Source of the DNA: Ruditapes philippinarum
Lineage: Eukaryota
NCBI RefSeq assembly: GCF_026571515.1
Contig: NW_026863245.1
Coordinates: 1 to 64,000 of the forward strand
Length of the DNA: 64,000 bases
Reading direction: 5' to 3'
Positions 63,999 to 64,000 of this stretch are shown here, piece after piece. The notes beneath the pieces were generated by a model, which saw nothing but the letters and a program-made list of their open reading frames with translations, did no database searches and was not told the origin of the DNA. The position numbers and the translations under genes are program-made. Each line of letters opens with the position of its first letter. Positions within the stretch are counted from its first letter, which is position 1.

Positions 63999-64000
63999 TT

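Overview
AT-rich eukaryotic (animal) genomic DNA with spliced genes and three N-gaps (5986-6134, 14625-14760, 63085-63258). The repeat types suggest a bivalve mollusc (inference). Four protein-coding genes were reconstructed by hand from splice sites and reading-frame phase. Two are divergently transcribed CILP (cartilage intermediate layer protein)-like paralogs: gene A (minus, 13256->2955) and gene B (plus, 16495->22448, 1129 aa). Both have an unusual N-terminus with a cytoplasmic tail, one transmembrane helix and a Ser/Thr mucin-like stalk, then 2 TSP1 repeats, a CarboxypepD_reg-like sandwich, an Ig domain and the CILP C-terminal region. Only B keeps the polybasic furin site. The third gene is an intact 11-exon CYP4-family cytochrome P450 (minus, 39791->26534, 508 aa). 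The fourth is TIMM23 (minus, 59227->~43250), which the ORF track essentially misses because its exons are tiny. The rest is dense with non-autonomous transposons: TTAA (Kolobok-like), Sola-like, hAT-like and Mutator/foldback-like elements, a tRNA-derived SINE, and Helentron/HINE-type elements carrying 146-170 bp satellite arrays, with several demonstrable nested insertions. Palindromic elements with clean target-site duplications sit about 80-110 bp upstream of both the CYP4 and TIMM23 start codons. Two stretches (~4620-5985 and ~42400-44230) look like uncorrected low-quality sequence, which breaks exons of gene A and TIMM23. No CRISPR array, rRNA or bona fide tRNA is supported.
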